A DNA stretch of 63,833 nucleotides, the filler included, from Octopus bimaculoides (lineage: Eukaryota): the NCBI RefSeq assembly GCF_001194135.2. It is 6 parts of 6 records of this genome, joined end to end, with 100 filler letters (N's around TTAATTAATTAA, not from the genome) between each part and the next. Parts side by side here need not be neighbours in the genome. Positions count along the whole stretch, not along the records: positions 27,479 to 38,560 come from NC_068991.1; positions 38,661 to 51,973 come from NC_068981.1; 4 more parts are not named here. The stretch is one strand, 5' to 3'. The translations under genes were made by a program, and so were the position numbers. Under the pieces are notes generated by a model. The model ran no database searches. It was not told the origin of the DNA and saw only the letters and a program-made list of their open reading frames with translations. Shown here one piece after another: positions 28,111 through 41,509 of the stretch (the stretch's first letter is position 1; the number at the start of each line of letters is the position of its first letter).

Positions 28111-28430
28111 GATTATGAGCAGGAGCCATTGTATGTTAGAAGTAGGGTGACGCAACCGTTACGAAACAGAAGTCCTAGTGTATGTGTGCGTGTACATACA
28201 CATACGCATATATATATTAGCTATACTTATAATGATAGAGAATATGGACACTGGTACATCCTCAACATTTATTTCCTCTTATTTTACAATGTCATACATC
28301 ATATCTCTATTGGTTACGACGACCTACACGTGTTTCCACTGTACAGAGTATGGCCAAGTCGCATATGCAACAGGGTATAATTTTCTGCGCAGCACCGTTC
28401 AGTGTTTTTCAGCCATCTTGGCTCGAAGCG

Positions 28431-28483
<53 letters not shown>

Positions 28484-28839
28484 TGTAAAGTGTATACAAC
28501 GGAGAATGTACAAGCAACACATTGAAAAGAGCATTTTCTTAAAGTTCTCAAGTAGCCGATTCTAGCAACAGCATATCTGAATATACCAAAAGAAAATTTG
28601 CAATACTTCTATGAAATAATTTGGAAATTCGTTAAAATTCTTCTATTCTTTTGAGATACCAAACGAATTGTATGTCAAAATTTACAAAATGTCTCTGAAA
28701 AATAAAGAAAATTTCATCTCAAGGTATTTCCGCGCCAATCTGCATATCAATGGAGCGAGTCACAATATCAGCAAAATTATTTGCTTCTTTCCTTTGAATA
28801 TAACTTATATTTCAACTCCATCTTCACGGTTTATATTCT

Positions 28840-29055
28840 CTTTTACTCTTTTACTTGTTTCAGTCATTTGACTGCAGCCATGCTGGAGCACCACCGCCTT
28901 TAGTCAAGCAAATCGACCCCAGCACTTATTCATTGTAAGCCTAATACTTATTCTATCGTTTCTCCTTTTGCCGAACCGCTAAGTTACGGAGACGTAAACA
29001 CACCAGCATCTGTTGTCAAGCGATGGTTGGAGGACAAACACAGACACACAAACAC

Positions 29056-29098
<43 letters not shown>

Positions 29099-29219
29099 TA
29101 CGATTGGCTTCTTTCAGTTTCCGTCTACCAAATCCACTCACAAGGCTTTGGTCGGCCTGAGGCTATAGTAGAAGACACTTGCCCAAGGTGCCACGCAGTG
29201 GGACTGAACCCGGAACCAT
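28840..29219 (-). mobile_element. SINE family A (5'-truncated)
   Basis: Reverse complement of the family A body including the internal (AT)n. Confidence 0.9.
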
Positions 29220-29280
29220 TATTAGATATAAAAATTCATTTGAATCTGCTCGTGTTTAACACGCGTGTCGTTATTTTCGC

Positions 29281-29349
29281 CTTCTTATATCTTCTATCTT
29301 AGCTTCTTATATCTTCTATCTTAGCTTCTCGTATCTTCTATATCTTAGC
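29281..29349. repeat. Three imperfect copies of a ~21-bp unit (cttcttatatcttctatctta)
   Basis: Direct inspection. Confidence 0.8.
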
Positions 29350-29403
29350 CTTTATTATCGTTATCGGTTTTGTATTATCTTTATTGTGTAAGAGGAGGCT
29401 GGG

Positions 29404-29791
29404 TGGAGGCGCAATGGCCCAGTGGTCAGGGCAGCGGACTCGCGGTCATAGGATCGCGGTTTCGATTCCCAGACCGGGCGTTATGAGTGTTTATTGAGCG
29501 AACACACCTAAAGTTCCACGAGGCTCCGGCAGGGGATGGTGGCAAACCCTGCTGTACTCTTCCACCACAACCTTCTATCACCCTTACTTCCTGTTTCTGT
29601 TGTGCTTGTAATTCAAAGGGTCAGCCTTGTCACACTGTGACACGCTGAATATTCCCGAGAACTACGTTAAGGGTTCACGTGTCTGTGGAGTGCTCAGCCA
29701 CTTGCACGTTAATTTCACAAGCAGGCTGTTCCGTTGATCAGATCGACTGGAACCCTCGACGTCGTAAGCGACGGAGTGCCAACAACAACAA
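29404..29791 (+). mobile_element. SINE family B, full length (~390 bp), tRNA-derived head, (ACA)n tail
   Basis: A box TGGCCCAGTGG (29415-29425), B box GTTTCGATTCC (~29459-29469), tail ccaacaacaacaa. Confidence 0.9.
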
Positions 29792-29795
29792 ATAA

Positions 29796-30044
29796 ATGGC
29801 TGTGTATTGCAACCATGCGGCTTCCGGTTCAGTGCTACTGCGTGGAATCTTGGGCAGGTCTTTTCTACTATGGCTTTGGGTTGATAAAAGCCTTGTGAGT
29901 GAATCCGGTAGATGATAGCATAGAGAAGCCCACCATACACATACATACATGCATTCAGAAAAACACATACACACACTCACACACATACACACACACACGC
30001 GTACACACATGCATGCATACGTACATACATATATACATATATGT

Positions 30045-30078
<34 letters not shown>

Positions 30079-30245
30079 CTGTATGGGTGTGTCTTCGTAC
30101 TTGTGACTGTCCCTTGCACCGCTTGATAGTCGGGGTTGCTTTGTCTACGTCCCATAACTTAGCAATTAGGTAAAGAAGACCGATATAATACGTATATATT
30201 CGACTGAATTCCTTCAAGGGGGTGTTCCATCATAGCCATAATACA
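29796..30245 (+). mobile_element. SINE family A, diverged
   Basis: tggctgtgt...ccttgtgagtgaatccggtag...internal (CA)/(GT)n...cataacttagc. Confidence 0.75.
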
Positions 30246-30288
30246 ATAATTGAAAGAAGTAAAGGAAATTCTATTTGATCACTCATAG

Positions 30289-30625
30289 GAGCAGGCGTGG
30301 CTGTGTGGTAAGCTGCTTGCTTTCCAAACACATGGTTCAGGGCTCAGTCCCACTGCATAGCACCTTGGGCATATGCCTTCTGCTAAAGCCTCGAGTTGAC
30401 CAAAGCGTGCGCGCGCGTGTATGTGCGCGCGCGCATTTGTCGCGCACAACCCTTTGACAATCGATGTTGGTGTGTTTACGTCCGCGTAGCTTAACTTTTC
30501 GGCAAAAGTGACCGAATAAGTACCATGCTTTAACAAAATAAGAACTGGGGACAATTAATTCATCTGAACATTCTTCAGGGGTGTGCCCCAGCATAGCCGT
30601 TAGTCTGATGACCGAAAGGAAACAT
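30289..30625 (+). mobile_element. SINE family A with an internal deletion and a CG-rich core
   Basis: Head ggagcaggcgtggctgtgtgg jumps from gaccaaagc to gtgcgcgcgc..., then a normal 3' half. Confidence 0.8.
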
Positions 30626-30994
30626 ATATTTACATTTATTTACATAAAACATTTATTTACATTTCTCCATTTTCCAATTTTTCAACATGTTCCATTTATT
30701 TTATTTTATTTTAGTTATTGTTTTACTATTTTAACACATTTTACTTTATCAAAGTACTGAAAATTTTTCTCTTCCCGCTCTCCGCTACGCTTTTCCATAT
30801 TGAATATTGCACGCACTCTTACTTTTTCAACACTCGACCCCTCACATTTTTATCTTCACAGCCCCAAATATATGAGTTATGTTTTACTTGACGCCGCTCA
30901 TAAAAAGATTTAACACCTCTTTATGTTTATGTCCTCCATTCTATATTCAATTAACTCCCAATTTTCTCACCCTCTCTCCCTCCTTCTCTTTTTC

Positions 30995-31032
<38 letters not shown>

Positions 31033-31138
31033 ATAATATTGTCTATCATACTTTCTTCTCCGCCCTTGCTGACTGTGTGCATAAGTATGTTCGTGCATCC
31101 CTGTTTGAGCGAGCGTGTATGAGATAACGTCCTTGCAT

Positions 31139-31193
<55 letters not shown>

Positions 31194-31354
31194 TGTGTGT
31201 GTGTGTGTAAGCATCTATGTCTCTCCTTATCTGTCCCTTCCCTCATCCAGCTCCCACTCCTGCCAATCACTATATTTTTTTCCTGACGGCTTATACATTA
31301 TTCAAATGTCGCTTATATTCATTTATTAATTTAATTCTTTTTTATTCAGATGTT

Positions 31355-31572
31355 AGAATGTTAGTTTCAAATTTTGGCACTGGACCAGCAATTTTGGAGG
31401 GAGTGGGGTAAGTCGATTACACCGATTTCCACTCCCATTCCCAGTAATCAACTAGTACTTATTTTTATCGATTCAGAAAGGATGGAAAACAAAGTCGATC
31501 TCGACGGAATTGGACTCAAAACGTGAGGACGGACGAAATACCACAAAGCTCTTTGACCGGTGTGCTAACGAT
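31355..31572 (-). mobile_element. SINE family C
   Basis: Reverse complement of the family C body; head-to-head with the next copy. Confidence 0.75.
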
Positions 31573-31575
31573 GTA

Positions 31576-31787
31576 AAGGCAGCGATTTGACAGAATCGTT
31601 AGCATGCTGGATGAAATGCTTAGCAGTATTTCACCCGTCGCTGCGTTCTGAGTTCAAATTCTGCCGAGGTCGACTTTGCCTTTCGGGGTCGATAAATTAA
31701 GTACCAATGAAACACTGGGGTCGATGTAATTGACTCATTCTCCTCCCTCAAAATTGCTGCCCTTATGGCAAAATTTGAAACCATTAT
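31576..31787 (+). mobile_element. SINE family C
   Basis: aggcagcgatttgacagaatcgttagc...ggggtcgataaattaagtacc...aaatttgaaaccatt. Confidence 0.85.
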
Positions 31788-32345
31788 ATAAGAAATGGAG
31801 GCATGATCAGGTTGTAAAAGTTTTACACTGGAAACTGTGCCAGGAATCGGGACTTGAAGCTGGAAACACATGGTACAATCACCGAGTCGAAAGAGTACTG
31901 GAGCCGAAGAAATGTAAGAGTTTGTGGGACTTCGCTATTCAAGCGGAAAAGAAGTCAGAAAATAAGACTTGACATAAGAATTATAGATAAGAAAAAGCGA
32001 AGTTGCTTACTAATCGATCCATCATGCCCGTTTGATTCCAGAATCGTAAAGCAAGTGGACGAAAAAAAACCCCAAAACCATCCCTTAAAATTTTAAATAA
32101 AGCTGATTTGAGGCATGAGAATAGTAAAGGTCATGCCTATAATAATTGGTGTGCTGGGAACAATAAGCAAACCTATAAACAAATGATTGAAGGAGATTAG
32201 TATAGAATGCCCGGTAGAGCTCCTACAGATTGTTTATCTCTTAGGTTACAGGTAGTAACCCGCTATCCACATAAAATCCTTCCAGGAATAACATCGAACC
32301 GGAGCCAAACCAAAATAATGATCAAATTAATAATTATAATTCAGC
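31785..32345 (+). mobile_element. R4/Dong-like LINE 3' fragment (RLE domain)
   Basis: YKKWRHDQVVKVLHWKLC...WYNH...LWDFAIQ...LDI..IDKKKRSCLLIDPSCPFD...VMPIIIGVLG; AAT-rich tail. Confidence 0.85.
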
Positions 32346-32535
32346 TCAAGTGAAGATCAAACAAATAGTCCTTGTGTTTACTGGAGATTTTGAGGGGAGG
32401 GGAGAAGTCGAGTATAACAACTCCAGTACAACGGATGAAAGGCAATGTTGAGCGCGGCGGGATTGGAACTCAGAACGTAAAGTGCCGGAAGAAATGCCGC
32501 GAAGAATTTTATCCGACCTGCTAACGATTTTTCCA
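32345..32535 (-). mobile_element. SINE family C, diverged
   Basis: ggatgaaaggcaatgttgagc...gaactcagaacgtaaa...tgctaacgatt. Confidence 0.7.
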
Positions 32536-32817
32536 AAGCTTTGTTTATGGGTTAGAAATAAGCTCTTACTGTAATGATCAGAAAATATTAACAGAACATA
32601 CATACTTCATACATACATGGTTCATATGTACATATATACATCAGACATATCACCATCCATCCATCCATCCATCCANNNNNNNNNNNNNNNNNNNNNNNNN
32701 NNNNNNNNNNNNNNNNNNNNNNNNNNNNNNNNNNNNNNNNNNNNNNNNNNNNNNNNNNNNNNNNNNNNNNNNNNNNNNNNNNNNNNNNNNNNNNNNNNNN
32801 NNNNNNNGTAAGATATA

Positions 32818-34031
32818 CAAAGGCATGACAGAAATAAATAGACGCCTCATAAATCATCGTTTTATGTTTATTCTAACTTGTAAAGGTTTATATATATTTT
32901 TTATCAATTGACATTTTTATGTTTCAGTTCTATTTACAACTGTTTAATCATGCCATGTACAAAAGAAGCCTTGCAACTGTCTGAATTTCGAAGAGGCCGT
33001 ATTGTGGGTCATTCTGAAGGTGGACGTAGCGTAAAATCGCAGAGAATCTTGGAATTCTGTTTTCTACAGTTAATAGAGTGATTGTGCAATTCACTAGAGA
33101 GGGGAAGGAGTCTACATCACCTCACCCAGATCAATCAGGGCCCTCTGACAGGACTTTTCTCTTTGTTAAGAGAGGTGTGGAGGATAGTCCTCGCTGCAAC
33201 GTCTCTAACATAGTAGAACAAGTCCCAGAACAGCTGTCAGGTATCTCCATAAACTTGGTTACTATGGCAGAGCAACAAGAAGGAAGCCACTTCTTCGACC
33301 AGCCAACATCAAGCGGAGAAAAGTTTGGGCCAGTGGGATGGTGGAGAGGCCACTATGATACTGTCATATTCTCTGATTAGTCCAGATTTGCTGTATTACT
33401 GACAGTGGTCGAGTGTGGGTCTGGAGACTCTGTGATCTAGAATTTAATGTGAAAAGATTGCTCCAACAATGAAACACGGAAGCTGTTCCGTGATGATCTG
33501 GGGAGCAATTTGGAGCGATGGTTGATCAGAGGTGGTGGAGTGTGAGGGAAACAAGCTCAGATAAATATGTGTCCATATTGCAGAAAAGACTCCATCCAAT
33601 CTTCTCCAGTTGTGAAATGATTAAAGAAGACTCTTTATTCATGGAAGATGGGGCTCCTTGTCACACGGCTAAAATGAGACTTGTTGGATGAGAATGGCAT
33701 TAAAAAGCATCCATGGTCAAGCCAGTCACCAGATATGAACCCTATTGAACGCCTCTGGAACATAATGGACAGGGCATTTCATAAAAAGAACAAGAAAGCA
33801 TCTTCAAAGCCAGATCTTTGAGATTACTGTATGAAACTTGGCAAGAAATTCTGCAAGAGAATATTCGTCATCTGACCCTAATAGGGTCCTTCCATTGAAA
33901 AATGCAAAGGCCATGTCTACTAAATATTAAATATTCACATTATAACAATTGATAAATAATTTGAATGTATTTCAGATTTAAATAAATTTTTATCTTTATA
34001 AGTGTATCTATTTACTTCTGCCATGTCTGTG
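32818..34031 (+). mobile_element. Full-length degenerate Tc1 (DD34E) transposon
   Basis: TIRs CAAAGGCATGACAGAAATAAATAGA and CACAGACATGGCAGAAGTAAATAGA (21/25), TA on both sides. Transposase motifs LSEFRRGRIVG, SVMIWGAI, FMEDGAPCH, WSSQSPDMNPIE with stops and frameshifts. Confidence 0.92.
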
Positions 34032-34805
34032 TACATCAGGACGATCCTTTATCAGATCATCCCCGTGGGAAGCAATCTGACAGTTCTCACGCTTCCTATT
34101 GAACGCTGTGTGAAGAAATTGCCATTTTTAGCCTTTCTAAGTTGTCACTCGTGATTTTTGTCAAGCTAAGTATGTACAACTGACGTTATGGCGGAATCAT
34201 TTCATCACTGACGTCACAGCAATCAAAATACACTCTCACTCACACGCGCATGCGTACACACACACACAGATCCTCGTGCACTGATTTTCACACACAAATA
34301 CAAGCCCACACAAACATTTATACATACAACATACACCAAACAACGATCCCACATAGACATATACAGATATACACAGAAAATGCGCGCACACACGCACGCA
34401 CATAGGCATAGAGCCAAACGCACACACATACACACATACGTTTAAGATCGGTATAAATATCTCGAATAAGAGTACTGCTGTGATCAGAGGAGGAGAAAAA
34501 AATTAGGAGAATATCATCTCGATATATGTACTTCATTCAATTCCCTTGAAACATATCTAATAGATTCATATCCATCCATCCATGCAGTCATCCATTCATA
34601 CATAGAGGCATACATACATACGTACAACATACATACATGCATACATAGTATACACACATTTATATGTGGAGACATAAAACCTACACACGTACACACGCAC
34701 GCACACACACGCACACGCACGCACACACACGCACACGCACGCACACACACGCACACGCACCCCCCACACACACGCACACGCACACAAATATATATATATA
34801 TATAT

Positions 34806-34871
34806 ACAACGGGTTTCTTTCAGTTTCCGTCTACCAAATCCAGTCACAAGGTTAAGTTGGCCAGAGGCTAC
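34806..34871 (-). mobile_element. SINE family A fragment at a gap edge
   Basis: cgggtttctttcagtttccgtctaccaaatcc. Confidence 0.75.
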
Positions 34872-35841
34872 NNNNNNNNNNNNNNNNNNNNNNNNNNNNN
34901 NNNNNNNNNNNNNNNNNNNNNNNNNNNNNNNNNNNNNNNNNNNNNNNNNNNNNNNNNNNNNNNNNNNNNNNNNNNNNNNNNNNNNNNNNNNNNNNNNNNN
35001 NNNNNNNNNNNNNNNNNNNNNNNNNNNNNNNNNNNNNNNNNNNNNNNNNNNNNNNNNNNNNNNNNNNNNNNNNNNNNNNNNNNNNNNNNNNNNNNNNNNN
35101 NNNNNNNNNNNNNNNNNNNNNNNNNNNNNNNNNNNNNNNNNNNNNNNNNNNNNNNNNNNNNNNNNNNNNNNNNNNNNNNNNNNNNNNNNNNNNNNNNNNN
35201 NNNNNNNNNNNNNNNNNNNNNNNNNNNNNNNNNNNNNNNNNNNNNNNNNNNNNNNNNNNNNNNNNNNNNNNNNNNNNNNTATATATAGATAGATAAATAG
35301 AGAAATAGGGAGAGAGATAAATAGATATAGACTGATAGATAGATAGATAGATAGATAGATTCTGATTGGATGATGGTAATAATGCACAATAAAATGAAGA
35401 AGTGAATGTTAGAAAAACAATAAGGTTTCTATATTAAAATAACAATGACAAACGAACACTGGTTAAACATACAATCACTCACGCATTAATACAATTATAC
35501 ACACACGCGTGCGCTCGAAGAGGAAGATACATTAAATACAATATAGGAATAAGATCAGCTAGAAAAAAAATTTAAACTGTTCGGACATGTTGAAAAATAT
35601 CAACCAAGTAAGGTATTCGTTTGACGAGCCAGCACGTCAGAGGATTGTCAAGCATAATGCCATGAATTTCTGTAACAATACGTTTTAAGTTAGAATTATA
35701 AGGCTACGTATCAATTACTTTCTGTTCTAAATGTATTGATTTCACTCTATTAATTCTGAGTCTTACCAAATATGTCTGTATTTGCAAACTCACTACTACC
35801 TGTATAGGTACGTATGTATCTACTATAAATATACGTATGTA

Positions 35842-35887
<46 letters not shown>

Positions 35888-35891
<4 letters not shown>

Positions 35892-36618
35892 GCAAAGACA
35901 ACCAACGCATTTAGCAAACTCCGTCATCGACTATGGAATGAAAGGGACATTAAACTTGACAGCAAAGTACAGGTCAATAAAGCTGCCATTCCTGTACACT
36001 CTTGTATGGCTCAGAATTGTGGGTGCCCTATCGACGACACATTAACCAACTGGACATCTTCCACACAGGCTGCTTCAGGACAATCTGCAGCTATTCTCTA
36101 AAAGACAGAGTTTCTAAAGCCGATCTCTTTAGCAGGTGTAAGGTTGATGGAATCGAGAGCTTCCTTATGCAGTCACAATTGCGTTGGGCTGGCCATGTCG
36201 TTAGAATGAGTGACGAAAGAATACTCAAAGTCCTCATGTACAGCCAGCTTGATAGTGGGCACCGGAATGTTGGTCCACCATAGCTCAGGTACAAGTACAA
36301 GCTGAAGAGTTACCTCTTAGCAAGGAAGATACCTCACAACACCTTGAAGCGAACAAAATGGAGATCGTTGTGTCAAAATCGTATTAAAAACTTTTTGCAA
36401 CCAGCATTAACAGACTTTGGGGTGCAGGGCAAAGGAGAAAAGTGGCTGCAAATATACCACCTGCACTGACCTGTCATCCTCATACTTGCAGCATCTGTGG
36501 CCTTCTTTGCAAATCGTTGGCGGGACTTAAATGTCACATTCGACATAAGCATTATGACTGACAAAGAAAGAGTAGGTTGTCAGATCCTCATACATCGAAA
36601 CCGACAGGAGAGTCCATC
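35888..36618 (+). mobile_element. RTE-like LINE 3' fragment with a C-terminal C2H2 finger, (CA)n tail
   Basis: AFSKLRHRLWNERDIKL...LYGSELW...QLRWAGHVVRMSDERI...LRYK; TCSICGLLCKSLAGLKCHIRH; 3' end gacaggagagtccatc(ac)n. Confidence 0.88.
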
Positions 36619-36769
36619 ACACACACACACACACACACACACATATGACGGGCTTCTTTNNNNNNNNNNNNNNNNNNNNNNNNNNNNNNNNNNNNNNNNN
36701 NNNNNNNNNNNNNNNNNNNNNNNNNNNNNNNNNNNNNNNNNNNNNNNNNNNNNNNNNNNNNTATATATA

Positions 36770-36837
<68 letters not shown>

Positions 36838-37726
36838 CGCGTGTAATATTTCTCATGATTACAGTTAGTTGTATTGCTACTATTAGCGAATTTACGCATC
36901 CACATACAGTATCGTCGACTTGTTTACATCCAGTAAAATGGAACTATGTTAGCATAACATAATAAAGTGTTTCTTCGAAAAACTGTTCTGGAATCGCATC
37001 CAGTTGCACTGTAAATACTCGCTGTAGCGGATACACCTAGCCTGAATGCTGAAACATGAGTAGAGATCAAGTGGTATGAACTGCATTGCATCTTGTGCGT
37101 GCGTGCGTGTGTGTATATGTATGTGTGTGAGTGTGTTATGTTTTTTTAAGTATGCCACGTATGTATAATTATGTATAATTCTGTATACTGCAAGCTATAA
37201 TTCGTCACAAACAGTTTTCAAAATATACAAAACTTCTAATAACCGAATGTTTTCTGCTGTATCCTGTTATCTAAGAGTTAAATGCCACCAAAATATAAAT
37301 CAGATAGTGAAGACTAGTAGAAACATCTATGTCTAACTTTGAGACACAGATAAACTTTTGGCACATAAAATTTAGAACGAGTTCAATTCAGAGAGCATTT
37401 GAATGTCATATCATATCCTTGTCACGCACTACTGAATTCACCGTATTTTCGCTTTATAGCATGCGTGGATTTGTGAGCAACAGTGTTATTGGTTTTTCAG
37501 TTCCAATGAACCATTAAAGGTTCATTACATATGACACATGATGGGAACATGAATCGATCACATTAAATAAAAGAGGAAATAATATTTTATCCTTCCAAAT
37601 CCCTAAGACAAGAATACTGGAAATTAACAAGAATAGGTGTTCGAATGGGCAATTAATCTGGTGGCCCATGTCACCTTTTCGTGTGTGGCTGGACGTAGAA
37701 TTTTCTGTCAGCTCTTCGCCACTCAC

Positions 37727-37774
37727 TTCGCCAACTTTAAATTTCAGTCCTGCTGGTTCCATTCTTCTCCAAAC
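37727..37774 (-). other. Candidate 48-nt symmetric coding exon (VWRRMEPAGLKFKVGE)
   Basis: tttacAG acceptor, GAA|GTGAGT donor, only phase 0 open. Confidence 0.3.
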
Positions 37775-38171
37775 CTGTAAACTTGGTTGGGGGAATCAAA
37801 TAACATTCGACAATGATATACATTGTACTATGACAGTTATTAGCATAACAGTATTAATAATAGAAATTTAGAGACTGATCGGAATTTATCGATCAAAACC
37901 ATGAAGTATATATTTCAACCTGGCTACATGCGAAAATTAGATAGAAACAAATATAAACATATATAAGCGAACCAACAAGGCAGCGTTGAGACAGGTGAAA
38001 ATAGCAACTAAATGTACGTTAAATGACAAGCTATCGTCTTAAAAATATACATAGAAGAACGCATTAGGTAGAGTTGAAGTTTTAGATTCAGATTTCATTC
38101 TATTATTGAATTATTGGTTTCTGCTGTGGGAGTGCAGCAATAATGAACTGCCACATATGTATATATGTATG

Positions 38172-38205
<34 letters not shown>

Positions 38206-38254
38206 TGTATGTATGTATGTATGTATGTATGTGTATCTGTATGTGTGTGTGTAT

Positions 38255-38531
38255 ATGTATATCAGCTATTCTGATTATATGTCTGTGCACACGTTTGAAT
38301 GCGGTGTGTGTTAGAGGGTTTGCAAATCCAATGGGGGTCTTAAAAGACATGTTAGGATCCACAATGAGCAGAACTTACCTGCAGGTATTGGTAGTGCAAA
38401 TCAGAGGTGCAATCTGTGTGGGTGTTTTTTCAAAACACTGTCTGGTTTAAAAAATCACATTAGACGCCATGAAAAGATTAAGGTGTAGGTGCAGGAGGTG
38501 GTCAAACTCTGTGTAAGGAGTAGACAACCAC
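38255..38531 (+). mobile_element. RTE-like LINE 3' end with two C2H2 zinc fingers, (CA)n tail
   Basis: ECGVC*RVCKSNGGLKRHVRIH and RCNLCGCFFKTLSGLKNHIRRH, stop at 38486-38488, 43-nt UTR, then (CA)n. Confidence 0.65.
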
Positions 38532-38560
38532 CACACACACACACACACACACACACACAC

Positions 38561-38660
38561 NNNNNNNNNNNNNNNNNNNNNNNNNNNNNNNNNNNNNNNN
38601 NNNNTTAATTAATTAANNNNNNNNNNNNNNNNNNNNNNNNNNNNNNNNNNNNNNNNNNNN
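38561..38660. other. Artificial scaffold linker
   Basis: 44N-TTAATTAATTAA-44N. Confidence 0.95.
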
Positions 38661-38719
<59 letters not shown>

Positions 38720-39134
38720 ATGTATGTATATATATGTAACTACTAAGACTTTGGGCATATGCCTATTAGTATGCCGATTAAGACACATTCACCGTTTGGG
38801 CTACCTGATGTTATCTACAGTAACGATATAATTTTCACTGGATCTACTTCAGGAAATCTGTAGTGTTTGTTGAGTTTATAATTAATACAGGAAACGGAAG
38901 ATAGATTTAGTACGAATTTATATTCAGCATGACGATGCAGGATGGGTCAAAACGATCGTCGTGCTCAATAAAGACTCGTACTATATCTATCTTCTGTTTC
39001 CTTTATCGATTATATATATATATATGCACGCGCGTGCGTGTATGCGTTTATACATATTCGCAATTATACATACACACAAACATACATAAACGCACACTCA
39101 CATATAAATATATGCACACATATATATTTGTGTG

Positions 39135-39452
39135 GAGGTACAATGGACCAATGGTTAGGACAGCGGACTTGCGCTCGTAGGATCGCACTTTCGATTCCTA
39201 GACCGGGTGTTGTGAGTGTTTATTGAGCGAAAACACCTAAAACACCACGAGCCCCCGGCAAGGGGTGGTAGTGAACCCTGCTGTACTCTCTCACCACAAC
39301 TTTCTCTCACTCTTTCTTCCTGTTTCTGTTGTACCTGTATTTCAAAGGTCCAGCCTTGTCACACTCTGTGTCATGCTTAATCTCCACGGGAACTATGTGT
39401 CTGTGGAGTGCACAGCCACTTGCACGTTAATTTCACGAGCAGGCTGTTTCGC
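39135..39452 (+). mobile_element. SINE family B, internally deleted and 3'-truncated
   Basis: Colinear with 29404-29730. Confidence 0.85.
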
Positions 39453-40009
39453 TGAGTGCCACATTTTATGCATGTATGCATGCATGCATGTATGTATGTA
39501 TGTATGTATGCATGCATGCATGTATGTATGTATGTATGTATGTATGGACGTATGTATGTATGTATGTATGTATGTAAGGCTATTTCGAAAACACTACCAT
39601 TGATAGATTTCAATATTCTGAGGTCTGCCAGTTATGCCTGGTTAGGCACAGAGTTATGACTGTGTAGCTTGTCACGAAATAATTGTCGCCGTCTCCTTTC
39701 TTCTAGTAGCAATGTCGCGCGAAGAATTTTGAAAATTAACCTTGAATTTCGAAATTCCGGGAAACTGATTAGGCAGCACATTCCTTATCAATCAGAGCGT
39801 CACATAGACCACAGTAGCTCCGAAAATTATATCAAAGAAAAGGCTAAATCTATTAATTTTCTGAGCTTATATGACATTCTTAATTAATTTGTAAAGTTAT
39901 ATGGTAAAGAATATAATAGTATGACATGGGCGGCAGGTCTCAGATATAATATCGAGCATGTGACTGCGGGTATATATATGTATCCATATATATTTACATA
40001 TATATTATT

Positions 40010-40197
40010 TTATTCTTTTACTTAGTCATGTGACTGCGCCCATGCTAGAGCACCGCCTTGACAGCTTTTATTTAATCGACCCCAGGACTTACTTATTCTA
40101 TGGGTGACTTTTGCTAAACCGGTAAGTTACGAGGACGCAAACACACCAACACCGGTTGTCAAGTGGTGATGGGGGACAAACACAGACACAAAGACAC

Positions 40198-40258
<61 letters not shown>

Positions 40259-40428
40259 CATGATGGGCTTCTTTCAGTTTCCATCTACGAAATCCACTCA
40301 CAAGATTTCAGTCGGCCAGAGGCTATAAAAAAGAAGACACTTGCCCAAGGTGCCACGTTGTGGGACTGAAATTGGAACTATGTGTTTTGGGAAGCAAGCT
40401 TCTTACCACACAGCCACGCCTGCGCCTA
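40010..40428 (-). mobile_element. SINE family A, full length
   Basis: Tail, internal (AT)n and head ccacacagccacgcctgcgcct are all present in reverse complement. Confidence 0.88.
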
Positions 40429-40576
40429 GAATATATGTGTGTATGTGTGTGTGCATGCGTGTGTGTATGTGTGTGTATGTGTGTACCTATGTGTGTGTAT
40501 TCATTTTTGTATGCACGTATATATACATATATATAACTACATACATGCATACATACACACACACACACGTGTGCAT

Positions 40577-40681
<105 letters not shown>

Positions 40682-40882
40682 TGTGTGTGTGTGTGTTTAT
40701 ATATGTATAAATTATCTGGTGATATCAGTAAAATAAATACCAATGAAATACTGACGGTCGTCTGATTTTAATCAATTGTATTCACTTAGTAATTATTCTG
40801 GTATTCAGTACTCCAATCTTGTCTACTGAATTGACTTAATTACATTTGATATACTTACAGTGATATAGACAAAATCACTTAC

Positions 40883-40962
40883 ACATTTCGTTATTGTTAT
40901 GTGAAAGAGGAAAGACTTTTCATTTTGTTTCGGGGCCCACTCGGATGGAGAGAGGAAGTTAT
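40883..40962 (-). other. Candidate 80-nt coding exon (NFLSPSEWAPKQNEKSFLFHITITKC)
   Basis: tttcttcatttcaaAG acceptor, TGT|GTAAGT donor, phase 1 to 0. Confidence 0.25.
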
Positions 40963-41107
40963 CTTTGAAATGAAGAAATGACCCGAATGCTCGCGACAAA
41001 ATAGACGCTACAATAGGCACCCAAATTTCCAGGTGATAGTGTTAAAGTATGCGGTGGATTAAGTCAGCTACCCCAGAGCTCAAAAGGGAGAAAGCTGAAA
41101 TAAAACT

Positions 41108-41205
<98 letters not shown>

Positions 41206-41284
41206 GGTACATACGTTCATACATACATACATACATACATACATACATACATACATGCATGCATGCATGTATGCATACATGTGT

Positions 41285-41509
41285 GCTTGTACAGAATATG
41301 ATGGTCAGACTAATATATATTGGAGGTAATATATGAGTTTGCCACTTCTGCCCGACTTTTCAAGGAAAGCTTTCTTGCAGCCCATTTCCGTATGAGATTG
41401 CTCATCTTGCTCGAAACTTTGTCCCACTTTTTATGCATCTGGAGGCCTGAAGCCAAACTGGTCCCAAGTAACCTTATTGATCCAAGCAACTTAACCGTTT
41501 GTCCAACAC
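41285..41509 (-). mobile_element. Tx1/L1-clade ORF2 fragment interrupted by the Mutator
   Basis: VKLLG...LQMHKKWDKVSSK...WAARKLSLKSRAEVANSYI; apparently continues at 43328-43390 (RDRSV...KPMP). Confidence 0.75.

Noticed and set aside
29404-29480. tRNA gene
   Set aside because: A and B boxes are present but continue into a ~390-bp repeated body with a tail, so this is a SINE head.
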